A DNA stretch of 64,000 bases from Alphaproteobacteria bacterium (GCA_965248825.1 CBDFKL010000006.1:1293095-1357094); one strand, 5' to 3'; positions 49,246 through 61,108 are shown, counted from the stretch's first letter. Program-made: numbers and translations. Notes: generated from the sequence alone by a model not told the origin.

Positions 49246-50694
49246 GTGGCGCGTGCGCGCGTCGGCTATGAGACACGGGTCATGGAAAAGCCTCGGCAAG
49301 CGCCGTTCGAGCCGATTGAACCGGATTTGACCGGGCAACCGTTCCTGCACGAAGTGGGCGAGCATGAGCCGCGTCCAATCCAGAGCGTCTGTGCTGCGCT
49401 GCACGAAGCGAGGCTCAGAGCGGGATACGATCTGACCGACGTCGCCAATGTGCTTCGTATCCAGATGGTTTACCTCGAGGCGTTGGAAGACGGACGCTTC
49501 GACGCGCTTCCCGGCACGACCTACGCGGTCGGGTTCCTGCGCAGCTATGCAGGCTTTCTCGGTCTTGACGCCGACGAAATCGTGGGCGCCTACAAGCGCG
49601 AGATTGCGCTCGATACGGGCCGGCAGCGGCTCGCCTTTCCGGCGCCTACGAAGGAGGGCCCGAGACCGAAATTCTGGCTCATTCTCGTCGTCCTCGTGTT
49701 GGCCGGTCTCGCCTATGGCGGCTGGCAGTATTATGCGAGTGAAGGCCAGCTTGCCATCGATTTGGTCGCCGATGTGTCGAATCGACTGACCGAAGCGGCC
49801 GGTCTCGGCGCGGAAGAAGCGCCGGCCCGCGACAGCGTGCCGGAAGAGGGAACCATCGAGCTTCCGCCGGCCCCGGCCGGGGCCGGCCCCGACGCCGGGT
49901 CGACTCCGGCGGACCCGGCGGCAACGACGGCGGCCGACGACGCACGGGATTGGGCCGGGCGAGACGAGGCGGTGGATGGTGTATCGCCCGACGAATCGCC
50001 GGTCGACACCGAGGATGTTCTGCCTCTGCCGCCCAGCAGGAGCAGAGCGGTTGCCGACGTCCCGCCCGCGCTGTCAGAACCGATTGCCGCCACTGCGGAC
50101 GCCGGCCAACTCTCGACAATGGAAGACGGGCCGATCCGGACCGGTGAGCCGAGTGATGTTGTGCTGCTGGAGGCGCCGCAATCCACCGGCGCGCCGGTTG
50201 GGGAAACGGCCCTGCGGCCGGTCGCGACGAACCTGGCCGAGACGCCATCCGAGCCGGCGCTTGAGACCCTCGCCCCGGCGGAGACGCTAACCCTCGGGAG
50301 CGAGGGAACCATAGAACTCGTGCCACCGGTCGATGTCGTGCGCGGAGGAACTGCGCCCGTGGACGCCGGCTCGACCGCGGCTCTGGACTATGTTCCCACA
50401 GTGTTCGGGCGAAGCAACCTCGATTCCCGCGTGGTCATCACGGCGCGTGCAGACAGTTGGGTCCAGGTTCAGGGACCGGACAACGAGCTGCTCCTGACCC
50501 GAATTCTACGTTCGGGTGAATCCTATCGTGTGCCCGACCGTCCCGGCCTCATGATGGTGACCGGCAATGCGGGCGGCCTCGAGATTCGTGTCGATGACAA
50601 GCTGGCGCCGGCGATCGGCCCCGTCGGGGTGGTTCGCCGGAATATCGCCCTCGACCCGGATCGCTTGATGGTCGGCAACGCCGTCGGCAACTGA
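49246..50694 (+). CDS. rodZ: RodZ-like cytoskeleton protein (XRE-type HTH, transmembrane segment, Pro/Ala/Glu-rich linker, C-terminal DUF4115)
   Basis: Contains the HTH region …LHEARLRAGYDLTDVANVLRIQMVYLEALEDGRFDALPGTTYAVGFLRSYAGFLGLD…, one TM helix (FWLILVVLVLAGLAYGGW), a long low-complexity linker, and a conserved C-terminal beta domain (…VVITARADSWVQV…LLLTRILRSGESYRVP…). It is adjacent to hisS, as is typical. The true start may be the internal MEKPRQ (49282). Confidence 0.65.
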   Translation: MARARVGYETRVMEKPRQAPFEPIEPDLTGQPFLHEVGEHEPRPIQSVCAALHEARLRAGYDLTDVANVLRIQMVYLEALEDGRFDALPGTTYAVGFLRSYAGFLGLDADEIVGAYKREIALDTGRQRLAFPAPTKEGPRPKFWLILVVLVLAGLAYGGWQYYASEGQLAIDLVADVSNRLTEAAGLGAEEAPARDSVPEEGTIELPPAPAGAGPDAGSTPADPAATTAADDARDWAGRDEAVDGVSPDESPVDTEDVLPLPPSRSRAVADVPPALSEPIAATADAGQLSTMEDGPIRTGEPSDVVLLEAPQSTGAPVGETALRPVATNLAETPSEPALETLAPAETLTLGSEGTIELVPPVDVVRGGTAPVDAGSTAALDYVPTVFGRSNLDSRVVITARADSWVQVQGPDNELLLTRILRSGESYRVPDRPGLMMVTGNAGGLEIRVDDKLAPAIGPVGVVRRNIALDPDRLMVGNAVGN

Positions 50695-50797
50695 CCGCGG
50701 CTGCGATCGGCTTCGCTTGCCGAGATCATCGAATTGAGTCGGTAGAACCGCCACTATCGGGCCGGCCGGCGCGCCGGCGTCGTTCAGGGACCTGCCC

Positions 50798-52051
50798 GTG
50801 CGCAAATTGCAGCCGGTTCGTGGAACCCATGACCTCGCGGTGGACGACATGCGTCGCCACCGCCACGTCACGACGCATGCGCGCACGCTTGCCGAGCGTT
50901 ACGGGTTCGCGGAGGTCGCAACGCCGATCTTCGAGTTTAGCGACGTGTTTCGGCGCACCCTGGGCGGCACCTCCGACGTGGTGACCAAAGAAATGTACAC
51001 CTTCACGGATCGTGGCGGCGCCGAGATCACGCTCCGGCCGGAGAATACCGCAGGAGTAGCGCGTGCGTTGATCAGTGGAGCGCTTGGTCAGCGTTTACCC
51101 GTCAAATGCTTCTATGCCGGGCCGATGTTTCGATACGAGCGGCCGCAGAAGGGCCGGCTGCGGCAGTTCCATCAGATCGGTGTCGAGTTGATCGGAGTCG
51201 CCGAGCCGCTCGCCGACGTCGAGGTGATCGCGCTCGGCGCGCATCTCCTCTCGGAGCTTGGTGTGCTCGACAAGGTCACCCTCGAGCTCAATACGCTTGC
51301 CGATGAACCGAGCCGGCTGGCCTATCGCGCGGCACTCGTTGCCTATCTGCAGGCTCACGAAGACGCGCTGTCCAAGGAAAGCCGAGAGCGCCTCCGGCGC
51401 AATCCGCTGCGTATCCTCGATTCCAAGGACGAGGGTGATCGGGCGGTTCTGGCCGATGCGCCGGAGATCGATGCGCATTTGAGCGAGCCGGCGGCGTCAT
51501 TCTTCGATGCCGTCTGCGAAGGCTTGAGCCGGATCGGCATTGACTTCGCCCGAAACACAAAGCTCGTGCGCGGCCTGGATTATTATTGCCACACGGCGTT
51601 CGAGTTCACGACTGAGGCGCTCGGGGCCCAGGGCGCAGTCCTTGCCGGCGGCCGCTACGACGGTCTGGTGGAGACGATGGGCGGGCCGCCGACGCCCGGT
51701 GTCGGCTGGGCCGGCGGCATCGAGCGTCTGGCCTCTCTCGTCGGGGCGGTTTCCGCGCCCGTCCGTCCGATCGCCGTCGTTCCGCTTGGCCCGCGGGCGG
51801 AGACCGTCGCTTTCGGGATAGCCCATCAGCTCCGCCACGAGGGCTTTACGGTGGAACTCACCTATCGCGGCAATTTGTCGAAGCGTATGAAGCGGGCCGA
51901 CCAGGCGCGCGCGATCGCGGCGGTCATCGTGGGCGAGGATGAGATCGATCGGGACGTGGTGACGGTCCGCGATCTCGAGCAGGGCGAACAAGTCGAGACC
52001 CCTCGCGCGCGGCTCGGCGACTATCTGGCCCGCTACGAGGGTGCTCGATGA
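50798..52051 (+). CDS. hisS: Histidine--tRNA ligase
   Basis: Contains class II aaRS motif 1/HisS signature (…[10 protein letters not shown]…), motif 2 (…[21 protein letters not shown]…), motif 3 (…[10 protein letters not shown]…) and the anticodon-binding domain. Confidence 0.85.
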   Translation: MRKLQPVRGTHDLAVDDMRRHRHVTTHARTLAERYGFAEVATPIFEFSDVFRRTLGGTSDVVTKEMYTFTDRGGAEITLRPENTAGVARALISGALGQRLPVKCFYAGPMFRYERPQKGRLRQFHQIGVELIGVAEPLADVEVIALGAHLLSELGVLDKVTLELNTLADEPSRLAYRAALVAYLQAHEDALSKESRERLRRNPLRILDSKDEGDRAVLADAPEIDAHLSEPAASFFDAVCEGLSRIGIDFARNTKLVRGLDYYCHTAFEFTTEALGAQGAVLAGGRYDGLVETMGGPPTPGVGWAGGIERLASLVGAVSAPVRPIAVVPLGPRAETVAFGIAHQLRHEGFTVELTYRGNLSKRMKRADQARAIAAVIVGEDEIDRDVVTVRDLEQGEQVETPRARLGDYLARYEGAR

Positions 52052-53142
52052 GCACGGCTGCCGCCGCGGGGTTCGGGGAGCGCCTGGATCAGATGCTCGG
52101 CCGCCATCTCGAACTCGGTCGAATGCTTTCGGGCGAACAAGTGATGCCGCGGGACGAGCTGGCGCGACTTTCGCGGGAATATGCCGAGCTCTCGCCGATC
52201 GTCGAGGCGATCACGGCGCTGCGTGATGCGCGCAAGGAGGCCGATGAGCTTCGCGCAATGGCCGAAGATCCCGAAAGCGAGCCGGAGATGCGGGCGCTGG
52301 CGGAAGCGGAGCATGATGCGCTGAGGGCGACAATGCCCGCGAAGGAGGAGGCGCTCAAACTGCTTCTTCTTCCGAAGGACAAGGCGGACGAACGCAACGC
52401 GATTCTCGAAATCCGCGCCGGGACCGGCGGCGAAGAGGCCGCGCTGTTCGCCGGTGACCTGCTGCGGATGTATCAGCGCTACGCCGAAGCGAAGCGCTGG
52501 AAATTCGAGCTGATGTCGATGTCGGAGACCGGCCTCGGCGGGGTCAAGGAGGCGGTCGGATCGATTGACGGGCGCGGCGTTTATGCGCGGCTCAAGTTCG
52601 AATCCGGCGTGCACCGGGTGCAACGGGTGCCTGAGACCGAGGCGAGCGGCCGCATTCACACCTCCGCGGCGACCGTTGCCGTTCTGCCCGAGGCGGAAGA
52701 CGTCGATATCGCGGTGGATGAGAAGGAACTTCGGATCGACGTCTACCGGTCGAGTGGTCCGGGCGGCCAGAGCGTCAATACGACCGATAGCGCGGTGCGC
52801 ATCACCCATCTCCCGACCGGGATCGTGGTCACCCAGCAGGACGAGAAGTCACAGCACAAGAACAAGGCCAAGGCCATGAGGGTACTGCGCGCGCGGCTCT
52901 ACGACCGGGAGCGCGCGCTCCGGGAGGCCGAACGAGCCGCCACGCGGCGTGATCAGGTCGGCTCCGGCGATCGCTCCGAGCGGATTCGCACTTACAATTT
53001 CCCGCAGGGTCGGGTGAGTGATCATCGTATCAACCTCACCCTCTATAAGCTCGACAAGGTGCTGAGCGGCGAGGCGCTCGACGAGGTCATCGATCAGTTG
53101 ATCACGGCAGATCACGCTGCCCGCCTTGCGGAGCCGGGATGA
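52048..53142 (+). CDS. prfA: Peptide chain release factor 1
   Basis: Contains the GGQ motif ([27 protein letters not shown]) and the RF1-specific tripeptide context (…[16 protein letters not shown]… PxT-region equivalent). It overlaps the hisS stop by 4 nt. Confidence 0.9.
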   Translation: MSTAAAAGFGERLDQMLGRHLELGRMLSGEQVMPRDELARLSREYAELSPIVEAITALRDARKEADELRAMAEDPESEPEMRALAEAEHDALRATMPAKEEALKLLLLPKDKADERNAILEIRAGTGGEEAALFAGDLLRMYQRYAEAKRWKFELMSMSETGLGGVKEAVGSIDGRGVYARLKFESGVHRVQRVPETEASGRIHTSAATVAVLPEAEDVDIAVDEKELRIDVYRSSGPGGQSVNTTDSAVRITHLPTGIVVTQQDEKSQHKNKAKAMRVLRARLYDRERALREAERAATRRDQVGSGDRSERIRTYNFPQGRVSDHRINLTLYKLDKVLSGEALDEVIDQLITADHAARLAEPG

Positions 53143-54050
53143 GCGAGTGGGCCGCGACGCGCGCTGGCGCGATGCGCGCGGCGACGCGGTGTCTTCAGGC
53201 TGCGGGCATCGGCGAGCCGCGCCGCGAGACCCACCTCCTGATGCAGCATGTGTTGGGCCTGACGCGCGAAGCCCTGTTTGTGGAACCGAACCTCTTGCTC
53301 GACGAGAAGGAAGCCGAGCAGTTGGCGTCGCTCATACGCCGTCGCGTAGATCGTGAGCCGATCGCCTATCTTACGGGCAAGCGCGAGTTCTGGAGTCTCG
53401 ATCTTGCCGTCGACCGCTCGACACTCGTGCCGCGGCCCGAAACCGAAACTGTCGTCGAGGCGGTCTTGGCGAGGGCCGATTGGCTTGTGGAGCGTCCCCT
53501 CTTGCTCGACCTCGGGACCGGCTCGGGCTGCTTGCTCATCGCTCTTCTCAGCGAGTTGCCCGGCGCCGTCGGGGTCGGTGTCGATTCCAGCATCGACGCC
53601 GTCTTGCTCGCCCATGCCAACGCCCGCAGCCATGGCCTCGAGGATCGGGCGTGGTTTGTCGCTGCCGACTGGGGAGAGCCGCTCGCCGGCCAGTTTCACG
53701 TCGTGGTGGGCAACCCGCCCTATGTCGCCGCTGCGGAGTTGCCGTCATTGGCGCCGGATGTCGTCCGGTACGAGCCGCCGAGTGCGCTTGTCGGCGGTGT
53801 CGACGGGCGCGATTGCTACCGGCGGTTGGCACCTCATATCGCTCGTTTGCTCGCGCCGAAGGGCCTCGCCGCCATCGAGCTCGGCGCCGGGATGGCGGAT
53901 GGCGTCGCGGCATTGTTCGGCGCTGCCGGCCTCGTGAAAATCGGCTGCCGACGAGATCTAGCGGGTGTTGACCGGTGCGCGCTGTTCGCACGCGAAGCCG
54001 ACTTCGGGTTCTTTTCCAAACAATCGGTTAACCCGTTATCGGCGCCATGA
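53139..54050 (+). CDS. prmC: Release-factor glutamine N5-methyltransferase
   Basis: Contains the NPPY catalytic motif ([14 protein letters not shown]) and the SAM motif [15 protein letters not shown]. It overlaps the prfA stop by 4 nt. Confidence 0.85.
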   Translation: MSEWAATRAGAMRAATRCLQAAGIGEPRRETHLLMQHVLGLTREALFVEPNLLLDEKEAEQLASLIRRRVDREPIAYLTGKREFWSLDLAVDRSTLVPRPETETVVEAVLARADWLVERPLLLDLGTGSGCLLIALLSELPGAVGVGVDSSIDAVLLAHANARSHGLEDRAWFVAADWGEPLAGQFHVVVGNPPYVAAAELPSLAPDVVRYEPPSALVGGVDGRDCYRRLAPHIARLLAPKGLAAIELGAGMADGVAALFGAAGLVKIGCRRDLAGVDRCALFAREADFGFFSKQSVNPLSAP

Positions 54051-54229
54051 GTCGGAGAAAAAAAGGTTGCAAACTGTGCCATCCCGGTTAGGTTCTACGG
54101 GACTCTCGAAACGTGACCGATCGGACGGTCTCGTTGAGTTTCTCAGCGACAGATGCTGACAAGCGTGACCGGAACCAACGCTATCGGGGCTTGGCACGTG
54201 GCCGCATGTGAGAACAGAAGGCAATCGGC

Positions 54230-54640
54230 ATGAAGAGTCAGAATAGCAAACGCTCACGCGGGCACCGAGGCAACGGGCGGCGGGCCGGATTCCATGGACG
54301 CGGCTCGACCTTCGAGAGTAACGGTCCCGAGGGGAAGATCCGGGGGACCGCCTTCCAGGTCATCGAGAAATATCAGGCTCTGGCGCGAGATGCGCTTTCG
54401 GCCGGAGATCGGATCGGCGCGGAGAATTTCTTCCAGCACGCCGAGCACTACTACCGCGTGGTTGGGGCCAATGGCTGGGACCAGCGGGGGCCGCGTGCTC
54501 CGGGCCAGTCGAATCACGTTCAGCACCGTGACGAGCAGCAGCCGAGTGAGGAACGGGAGCCGGCTGAGCGCGCCGAGCACCAGACGACGGGGGACGAAGC
54601 GTCAAGTCCGTCCGAGGAGCACGCGCCACAAGCGTCCTGA
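54230..54640 (+). CDS. DUF4167-family protein (alphaproteobacterial, between prmC and clpB)
   Basis: 136-aa basic N-terminus followed by the conserved core …IRGTAFQVIEKYQALARDALSAGDRIGAENFFQHAEHYYRV… and an acidic tail. The synteny prmC-DUF4167-clpB is the standard arrangement. The family call is from memory. Confidence 0.55.
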   Translation: MKSQNSKRSRGHRGNGRRAGFHGRGSTFESNGPEGKIRGTAFQVIEKYQALARDALSAGDRIGAENFFQHAEHYYRVVGANGWDQRGPRAPGQSNHVQHRDEQQPSEEREPAERAEHQTTGDEASSPSEEHAPQAS

Positions 54641-54732
54641 TCGCCTCTGGCGCCATTCTGGCGCGTATCCATCGGCGTTCTCGATAGCGGCGCTACGGCT
54701 CATCGCACGTCGCGCCGGGCGGTCCTCACGCC

Positions 54733-54760
54733 CTTGCCGCCCCTCCGCCACACCCCATAT
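54733..54760 (+). promoter_or_regulatory. sigma32 (RpoH)-type heat-shock promoter upstream of clpB: CTTGCC-N14-CCCCATAT
   Basis: The -35-like CTTGCC (consensus CTTGAA) and -10-like CCCCATAT (consensus CCCCATnT) are separated by 14 nt, about 110 nt upstream of the clpB ATG. clpB is a canonical RpoH regulon member. Confidence 0.55.
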
Positions 54761-54869
54761 AGAGATCGGTTGCTTCGACACCCGGCATTCGGCTGTGGGC
54801 CTCGCATGAGGTCAAGAGGGCGCGGTTCGATTCGGCTCTCGACAGCGGATGGCCAACGAGGGATAGAGC

Positions 54870-57473
54870 ATGGATTTCGACAAGTTCACCGAGCGTTCGC
54901 GCGGTTTTGTGCAGGCGGCCCAGGGACTCGCGGTCGCGCGTGGCCACCAGCGCATCACCCCGGAACACTTGCTCAAGGTTTTGCTTGACGACGAGGAGGG
55001 CCTCGCCGGCAATCTGATCCGAGCGGCTGGCGGGCGTCCTGACGAGGCGCTGGAGAAGACCCGGGCGGCGCTCGACAAGCAGCCGAAGGTGGAAGGCGAA
55101 GGCGCCGGACAGATCTATCTCGCACCCGAGACGGCGAGGCTCTTCGAGGCTGCCGCGGGAATCGCAGGAAAGGCCGGCGACAGCTACGTCACCGTCGAGC
55201 GTCTCCTGCTCGCACTCGCGTTGGCGAAAGGGACGCCTGCTGCCCGCATCCTCGCCGATAGCGGTGTCACCCCCCAGACCCTCAATGCTGTCATCAACGA
55301 GCTGCGCAAGGGACGAAAGGCCGAGACCGCCTCGGCCGAGGGCGGCTATGACGCACTCAAGAAATATGCCCGCGATCTGACCGAGGCGGCGCGCGAAGGC
55401 AAGGTCGACCCGGTGATCGGGCGGGACGAGGAGATTCGCCGCATCATGCAGGTCTTGTCGCGGCGCACGAAGAACAACCCGGTCATTATCGGAGAGCCGG
55501 GTGTCGGCAAGACGGCCATCGTCGAGGGTCTCGCTCAGCGCATCGTCAACGGCGATGTTCCCGAATCGCTCCGGGACAAGCGGCTGCTGGCTCTCGATCT
55601 TGGTGCCATGGTCGCCGGCGCGAAATTCCGCGGCGAGTTCGAGGAGCGCCTTAAAGCCGTCCTGGCCGAGATCAACGCAGCGGCGGGCGAGGTTGTGCTG
55701 TTCATCGACGAGTTGCATACGCTGGTCGGTGCCGGGGCAGCCGAAGGAGCGATGGACGCCTCGAACCTGCTTAAACCGGCACTCGCCCGCGGCGAATTGC
55801 ATTGCGTCGGCGCAACGACGCTCGATGAGTACCGCAAGCGTGTCGAGAAAGACGCGGCACTCGCGCGCCGCTTTCAGCCCGTCTACGTGTCGGAGCCCAC
55901 CGTCGACGACACGGTGTCGATCCTGCGCGGCCTCAAGGAGAAATACGAGGTGCATCACGGCGTGGCTATCACCGACAACGCGATCGTCTCGGCCGCTACG
56001 CTTTCCAACCGCTATATCACGGATCGCTTCTTGCCCGACAAAGCGATCGATCTCGTCGACGAAGCGGCCAGCCGGCTCAGGATGGAGATCGATTCCAAGC
56101 CCGAGGAGCTCGACGAGCTCGATCGGCGAATCATTCAGCTCAAGATCGAGCGCGAAGCGCTCAAGAAGGAGACGGACGACCGATCCCGAGACCGGCTCCA
56201 GGGGCTCGGCGAAGAGCTTTCCTCACTTGAGAAGCAGTCGGCGGATCAGACCGCCGTCTGGCGGGCCGAGAAGGAACGCCTCGCGGGCGGGCAGAGAATC
56301 AAGGAGCGGCTGGACGCGGCACGGGGCGAACTCGAAATCGCGCAACGCGATGGCGATCTCGCGCGCGCCGGCGAGCTCGCCTATGGCGTCATCCCCGCGC
56401 TCGAGAGGGAGCTCGGCGGGCTCGAAAAGCCGGAGCACGAACGCGTCCTCGACGAGGCCGTGCAGTCCTCCCACATCGCCGGTGTCGTCTCGCGCTGGAC
56501 GGGAATACCCGTGGACAAGATGCTTGAGGGCGAGCGCGATAAACTACTGCATATGGAGCAGACGCTGGGCGAGCGGGTGGTCGGCCAGGAGGAGGCGGTG
56601 GTCGCCGTAAGCAACGCGGTACGCCGCGCGCGCGCGGGGCTGCAGGATGCGGATCGGCCGACCGGATCGTTCCTGTTCCTCGGCCCGACCGGCGTTGGGA
56701 AGACCGAGCTCGCCAAGGCGCTCGCGTCGTTCCTGTTCGATGACGAGGCGGCGATGGTCCGGGTCGACATGTCGGAATATATGGAAAAACATGCCGTCGC
56801 TCGCCTCATTGGCGCGCCGCCGGGCTATGTCGGGTATGAAGAGGGTGGTGCCCTCACCGAAGCGGTGCGGCGCCGGCCTTATCAGCTGATCCTGTTCGAC
56901 GAGATCGAGAAGGCGCACAACGACGTTTTCAACGTGTTGCTCCAGCTGCTGGACGACGGGCGTTTGACCGACGGGCACGGCCGCACGGTCGATTTCCGCA
57001 ACACGGTGATCATCATCACGTCCAATCTCGGAAGCGAGATTCTGGCGGCACAGCCCGAGGGGGAGGATTCGAGCGCCGTGCACGAGCCGGTCATGGAGCT
57101 GGTCAGGGCGAGCTTCCGGCCCGAGTTTCTCAACCGTCTGGACGAGATCATCTTGTTCCATCGGCTGGACCGCCGACATATGGATGCCATCGTCGAAATC
57201 CAGATCGCGCGCCTCGCCCGAAGGTTGGCCGACCGCAAGATCGCCCTGGAGCTTGACGGCGCGGCGCGCGCCTGGCTTGGCGAGGCGGGCTACGACCCGA
57301 CCTACGGTGCGCGGCCGCTGAAGCGAGCCATTCAGCGCAACCTGCAAGACCCGCTCGCCGGCATGATCCTCGCCGGCCGTATAGGCGATGGCGAGGCGGT
57401 GCGGATTTCCGCGAGTCAGGGTGGCCTCGTCATCAATGGGGAATCGATCGGCCCCCTCGCCAGCGCGGCGTAA
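54870..57473 (+). CDS. clpB: ATP-dependent chaperone ClpB
   Basis: 867-aa protein. The N-terminal Clp_N repeats, two AAA+ modules (Walker A GEPGVGKT and GPTGVGKT) and the long middle coiled-coil are unmistakable. Confidence 0.95.
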   Translation: MDFDKFTERSRGFVQAAQGLAVARGHQRITPEHLLKVLLDDEEGLAGNLIRAAGGRPDEALEKTRAALDKQPKVEGEGAGQIYLAPETARLFEAAAGIAGKAGDSYVTVERLLLALALAKGTPAARILADSGVTPQTLNAVINELRKGRKAETASAEGGYDALKKYARDLTEAAREGKVDPVIGRDEEIRRIMQVLSRRTKNNPVIIGEPGVGKTAIVEGLAQRIVNGDVPESLRDKRLLALDLGAMVAGAKFRGEFEERLKAVLAEINAAAGEVVLFIDELHTLVGAGAAEGAMDASNLLKPALARGELHCVGATTLDEYRKRVEKDAALARRFQPVYVSEPTVDDTVSILRGLKEKYEVHHGVAITDNAIVSAATLSNRYITDRFLPDKAIDLVDEAASRLRMEIDSKPEELDELDRRIIQLKIEREALKKETDDRSRDRLQGLGEELSSLEKQSADQTAVWRAEKERLAGGQRIKERLDAARGELEIAQRDGDLARAGELAYGVIPALERELGGLEKPEHERVLDEAVQSSHIAGVVSRWTGIPVDKMLEGERDKLLHMEQTLGERVVGQEEAVVAVSNAVRRARAGLQDADRPTGSFLFLGPTGVGKTELAKALASFLFDDEAAMVRVDMSEYMEKHAVARLIGAPPGYVGYEEGGALTEAVRRRPYQLILFDEIEKAHNDVFNVLLQLLDDGRLTDGHGRTVDFRNTVIIITSNLGSEILAAQPEGEDSSAVHEPVMELVRASFRPEFLNRLDEIILFHRLDRRHMDAIVEIQIARLARRLADRKIALELDGAARAWLGEAGYDPTYGARPLKRAIQRNLQDPLAGMILAGRIGDGEAVRISASQGGLVINGESIGPLASAA

Positions 57474-57551
57474 CGGCTCGAAGGGGAAGGCTTGGGGAGC
57501 CGGATATAACCGCTTCGCACGCACAAGGCGGTTGCAAGAAGCCAGCCGTGA

Positions 57552-60500
57552 CTACTGGCGTGCGACCCGCGTTATCGTGGGCACCTCGGCGAGCAGCACC
57601 CTGATCTTTTGCATTTGCTCCTGAAAGGCGGCGAGTTCTTGGCCTTTCAGCTTCCGGCCGGTCGGCAGTTCGAGCTTCATCGGGTTGATCCGTTTACGGT
57701 TCTGGATCACCTCGTAGTGGAGATGCGATCCGGTCGAGAACCCGGTGGAGCCGACATAGCCGATGACTTGGCCTTGTCGGACTCGCTTGCCCGTTTTCAT
57801 CCCTTTCGCGTAGCCGGCGAGGTGGGCATATGCGGTGTTGTAGGCGCCGTTGTGCCGAATGCGAATATATTTCCCGTAATTCCCGACGCGACCGATCCGT
57901 TCGATTGTTCCGTCTCCCGCAGCGAGAACCGGCGTACCCTTCGGTGCGGCGAAATCGAGCCCGAGATGCTTTCGCGAATAGCCGAGGATCGGGTGTTTGC
58001 GCATGCCGTAGCCCGAAGAAAGGCGGGCACCGTTGATCGGGGTACGCATCAGGGCTTTGCGCGCGCTTTCGCCTCGCCCGTCGAGATAGTCCGCCGGTCC
58101 TTCGTCGGGTTCATAGCGATAGAGTTGGAACGCGCGTTTGCCGGCTTCGAGCGCGGCGTAGAGAAGAGGACCATGCTCCACGAAATTTCCTGCCAGGTCG
58201 TAAGCGGACTCGTAGAGAATCTCGAAGCCGTCCCCCGGCTGGATATCACGTTGGAAGTCGACGTCGTAGCTGAAGATATGCAGCATCTCCATGAAGGCTT
58301 GGATCGGCACGCCTGCCGCGAGCGCCGCGTCGTACAGGCTGGTCTCAACGACACCGACCGTTCTGTGCAAGACGCGATCGAGCGGGCGATCCACCGCGCG
58401 CGAGAGGAAGGTGCCGTCATCACCGCGCGTGACGACCACGTCGTGATCCGGTGCGACGTCGAGGGCGATCTCGGTGAGTCGTAGGGCGCTGTCCGACTCG
58501 CGCTCCGGCTCGAACGAGAGGGAGAGCGTTTGGCCGATCTGCAGCCGGCGCGGATTGTGAACTTTGCGAAAGGCGACGATCGCCGCTTCTGCGTCCTCGC
58601 GGCCACTGCCCGCTAGCGTCAATGCAACGGAAAGCGTGTCGCCTTTGCCGATGACGACCGCTTTCCGTACTAGACCGTCGTCCTCGTCGCCCGTCATCCC
58701 GGCTGGGATCGTAGACGCCGCGCTCGCTGGGGCTGCCGCGGTTCCGTCACGCGGCTCGCCGGCAGACGCGATCGGCGCGGCGCCGGCGACCAAGGCACCA
58801 TTCATGACCTGTCCGTGTCCGACCCGGTCCGCCCGCTCGACCTGCGGCTTGTCGTCCGCCGGCGCCCCAATCGCGGCCGTGAGGCTTGGTTGATCAACCC
58901 CCAGATCGAGCGTCGTCACGCGGGCCGCTTCGAAATTCTTACCGGATGCGCGGGTCACCTTGACGAACCGGTCTTTGTCAATTTGGATCGCGACGGCCTC
59001 GAGGGAATCCGCGCCTGTCGGATCGACGCCCGTCACAAGGGTGATCTCCTGCCCGATCCGCAAACGCCTTAGATTGAAGAGCTTGCGTGTCGCGCGAATC
59101 GCTCGATCCGCCTCCCGGCGATCGATCCCGTGTCGTCTGAGGATGGCCATCAAGGTATCGCCCGCTCGTACCTCGATGCGTATTGCAAACGGTGGGAGAG
59201 GCTCCGGCAGAGGCGACGTCATCCCCGTCATCGCCGGGGTTTCAACTTGAGCGCTTGCCGTGTCACCGTCAGGTGTCGGGCGAGGCACAGGAGACGGCGT
59301 CGGTTTGGCAGGTGAGGCGGTCGGTTTCGCGATCGGAACCACGCCGTGGTCCTTCACCGCTCCGGCCACAGGGCGCTGTTTACCGGCGTGGCGTGGCTCA
59401 CGCACGATTTGACTGGGGGAGCGCCCTTTGTTGGCTCGCTCCGCCTGAATGCGGTTGTGTGGTGCCTCGATATCGAGCCGCGCGAGACGCGGCTCCGAAC
59501 TGCGCGCCGGCCTCTTCGTGATCTGCACGGTGACGCCGGAGGGACGGCGCCGCGGGTGGAAAACGCGGCGCACGCTCGGCACGGCGGCATCCGCCTCGGT
59601 CCTGCGAACATCGGCATCGAGCTGGGGATCCATCAAGGTGCCCCCGCTCTGCAGCGTGCTGCGGTACTCGAGAGGTTCGGGAGCACCGGCTGTTCGAGGC
59701 TCTGCATCGGGTTGAAGGTCGGCCATCGGCCGAGCGGTATTCGGGGGCACGCTTCTGACGGTCTGGCGGGCCGGTTTTTCCGCCGGCGTGGTGATCGTGC
59801 GCACCGAAGGGGCGGTTTGGAGCGCGTCCTCGGTCGTCCGGCGCGCTACGAAGCCGCCGCCCTCCGCCTGCACCACCGCAACGACCGAATCGCCGTCGAG
59901 ATGCACGGCGAAGCCGCTCAGCACCGGTGCGCCCTTGGCGTCGCGGCCTACCGCGATCGAGATGGATTGGCCCGCCATCAAGGTGCGCGGATCGAAATAG
60001 GCGCGCAGCGCCCTGACGGCGGCATCGATAGTGTATGCGGTGATGCCGTGGCGGAGCAGAATCCCTCCGATCGTTTCATTGCGCCCTACCGTCAGAACAC
60101 GCCCGTCACGGCCGAACGCGACCTCGGAAATCGGCGCGGCGCGGGTGAGAGGGAGCGCAGTGCGGTGGGCCCGGTAGCCGCTGTTGGCGGTCCGCGTCGC
60201 TTCGACGAATCGGCCACGTCCGGTCTCGACGCTCACCGCGAGCAGGGCTCGTTTCTCGGCGTCGTCGGTTCCAAAAAGAAGCCTGACATGGCGGCCGACC
60301 GACAGGCGCCGCAGGTTCATTTTTCGTTGGATTGCCTTACCGACCTTGTCGGCGTCGATCGCTCCCACCCCGGCCGCGGCCAACATGCCGGACAGCGTAT
60401 CGCCGCGCTCGACGCGGAGCGTCTCGAGTTCGGTTTGCCTGTCGAGCGCGGCCTGCGCCTCTGATATGCGCAGCGAGGGGCCCGTTGCCACGGCGGCCGC

Positions 60501-60554
60501 CACGATCAGCGCGAGGCCGACCATTACGCAAATCCAGCGACCAGACCGATGACG
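57552..60554 (-). CDS. Large M23-family metallopeptidase (LytM/LysM-type murein endopeptidase-like) with an N-terminal membrane anchor
   Basis: The C-terminal M23 domain carries HxxxD and HxH (…HLGLDFAAPKGTPVLAAGDGTI…, …GSHLHYEV…). It has a long low-complexity Pro/Ala-rich middle, and an N-terminal TM helix after start MRHRSGRWICVMVGLALIV. Confidence 0.8.
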   Translation of the reverse strand, partial: RHRSGRWICVMVGLALIVAAAVATGPSLRISEAQAALDRQTELETLRVERGDTLSGMLAAAGVGAIDADKVGKAIQRKMNLRRLSVGRHVRLLFGTDDAEKRALLAVSVETGRGRFVEATRTANSGYRAHRTALPLTRAAPISEVAFGRDGRVLTVGRNETIGGILLRHGITAYTIDAAVRALRAYFDPRTLMAGQSISIAVGRDAKGAPVLSGFAVHLDGDSVVAVVQAEGGGFVARRTTEDALQTAPSVRTITTPAEKPARQTVRSVPPNTARPMADLQPDAEPRTAGAPEPLEYRSTLQSGGTLMDPQLDADVRRTEADAAVPSVRRVFHPRRRPSGVTVQITKRPARSSEPRLARLDIEAPHNRIQAERANKGRSPSQIVREPRHAGKQRPVAGAVKDHGVVPIAKPTASPAKPTPSPVPRPTPDGDTASAQVETPAMTGMTSPLPEPLPPFAIRIEVRAGDTLMAILRRHGIDRREADRAIRATRKLFNLRRLRIGQEITLVTGVDPTGADSLEAVAIQIDKDRFVKVTRASGKNFEAARVTTLDLGVDQPSLTAAIGAPADDKPQVERADRVGHGQVMNGALVAGAAPIASAGEPRDGTAAAPASAASTIPAGMTGDEDDGLVRKAVVIGKGDTLSVALTLAGSGREDAEAAIVAFRKVHNPRRLQIGQTLSLSFEPERESDSALRLTEIALDVAPDHDVVVTRGDDGTFLSRAVDRPLDRVLHRTVGVVETSLYDAALAAGVPIQAFMEMLHIFSYDVDFQRDIQPGDGFEILYESAYDLAGNFVEHGPLLYAALEAGKRAFQLYRYEPDEGPADYLDGRGESARKALMRTPINGARLSSGYGMRKHPILGYSRKHLGLDFAAPKGTPVLAAGDGTIERIGRVGNYGKYIRIRHNGAYNTAYAHLAGYAKGMKTGKRVRQGQVIGYVGSTGFSTGSHLHYEVIQNRKRINPMKLELPTGRKLKGQELAAFQEQMQKIRVLLAEVPTITRVARQ

Positions 60555-60859
60555 CATATCCGAGAGCGATCCCTGAATGGCGAGAGCGTTGGTAGGACCG
60601 TTTACCAAGGAGCAGCAAACGATCGCTAAAATCGGCGCCTATGCCGGAAAATCCGATGCTGAAACGGCTTCCCGGGCGCCAACCATGATGGCGCTGAGGG
60701 GCTTTGTCAATCGCCGGTCAGGATGAGGAAGTTCTTTGTTTTCGGGCTCTTGGACGTCTTGGGCGCGGCGCCGCGTGATGACCAGAGGAGCGTTTGCGAC
60801 ACGCGCGTGGCCGGAGTCGGCCGTGGCTCGCGGCTGCACTTTCCTCGAATTGTGACGCC

Positions 60860-61108
60860 CTAATGCCGGCTGCTGGTGCCGGACCGACGGATCGTGCCCA
60901 CCGCCTCCATCCGTAGCCGTGCGATCTCGTCCTTGACCTTGAGCTTCCGGCGCTTCAAATCAGTCAGCGAAAGCCCATCCGGCGCGGGTCGGCCAGCCTC
61001 CTCTTCGATCGCTTTTTCGAGTCCGGCGTGCCTCGCGGCGAGAGTGGCAACATAATCATCGATCCCAATCTCGAAGATCAGTACGAGAGGGTCGAGCCGC
61101 GAATACAT
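60860..61108 (-). CDS. DUF465-family small protein
   Basis: 82-aa protein with the …LEKAIEEEAGRPAPDGLSLTDLKRRKLKVKDEIARL… pattern typical of DUF465 (YdcH-like). Family call from memory. Confidence 0.5.
   Translation of the reverse strand: MYSRLDPLVLIFEIGIDDYVATLAARHAGLEKAIEEEAGRPAPDGLSLTDLKRRKLKVKDEIARLRMEAVGTIRRSGTSSRH

Noticed and set aside
43642-60860. Possible tRNA/ncRNA genes in intergenic spacers (43642-43736, 45007-45125, 50695-50797, 54051-54229, 57474-57551, 60609-60859)
   Set aside because: I could not find an acceptor-stem/T-loop (GTTCGA-like) arrangement or other recognisable RNA gene signature by eye. A covariance-model scan (tRNAscan-SE/Infernal) would be needed to exclude small RNAs.
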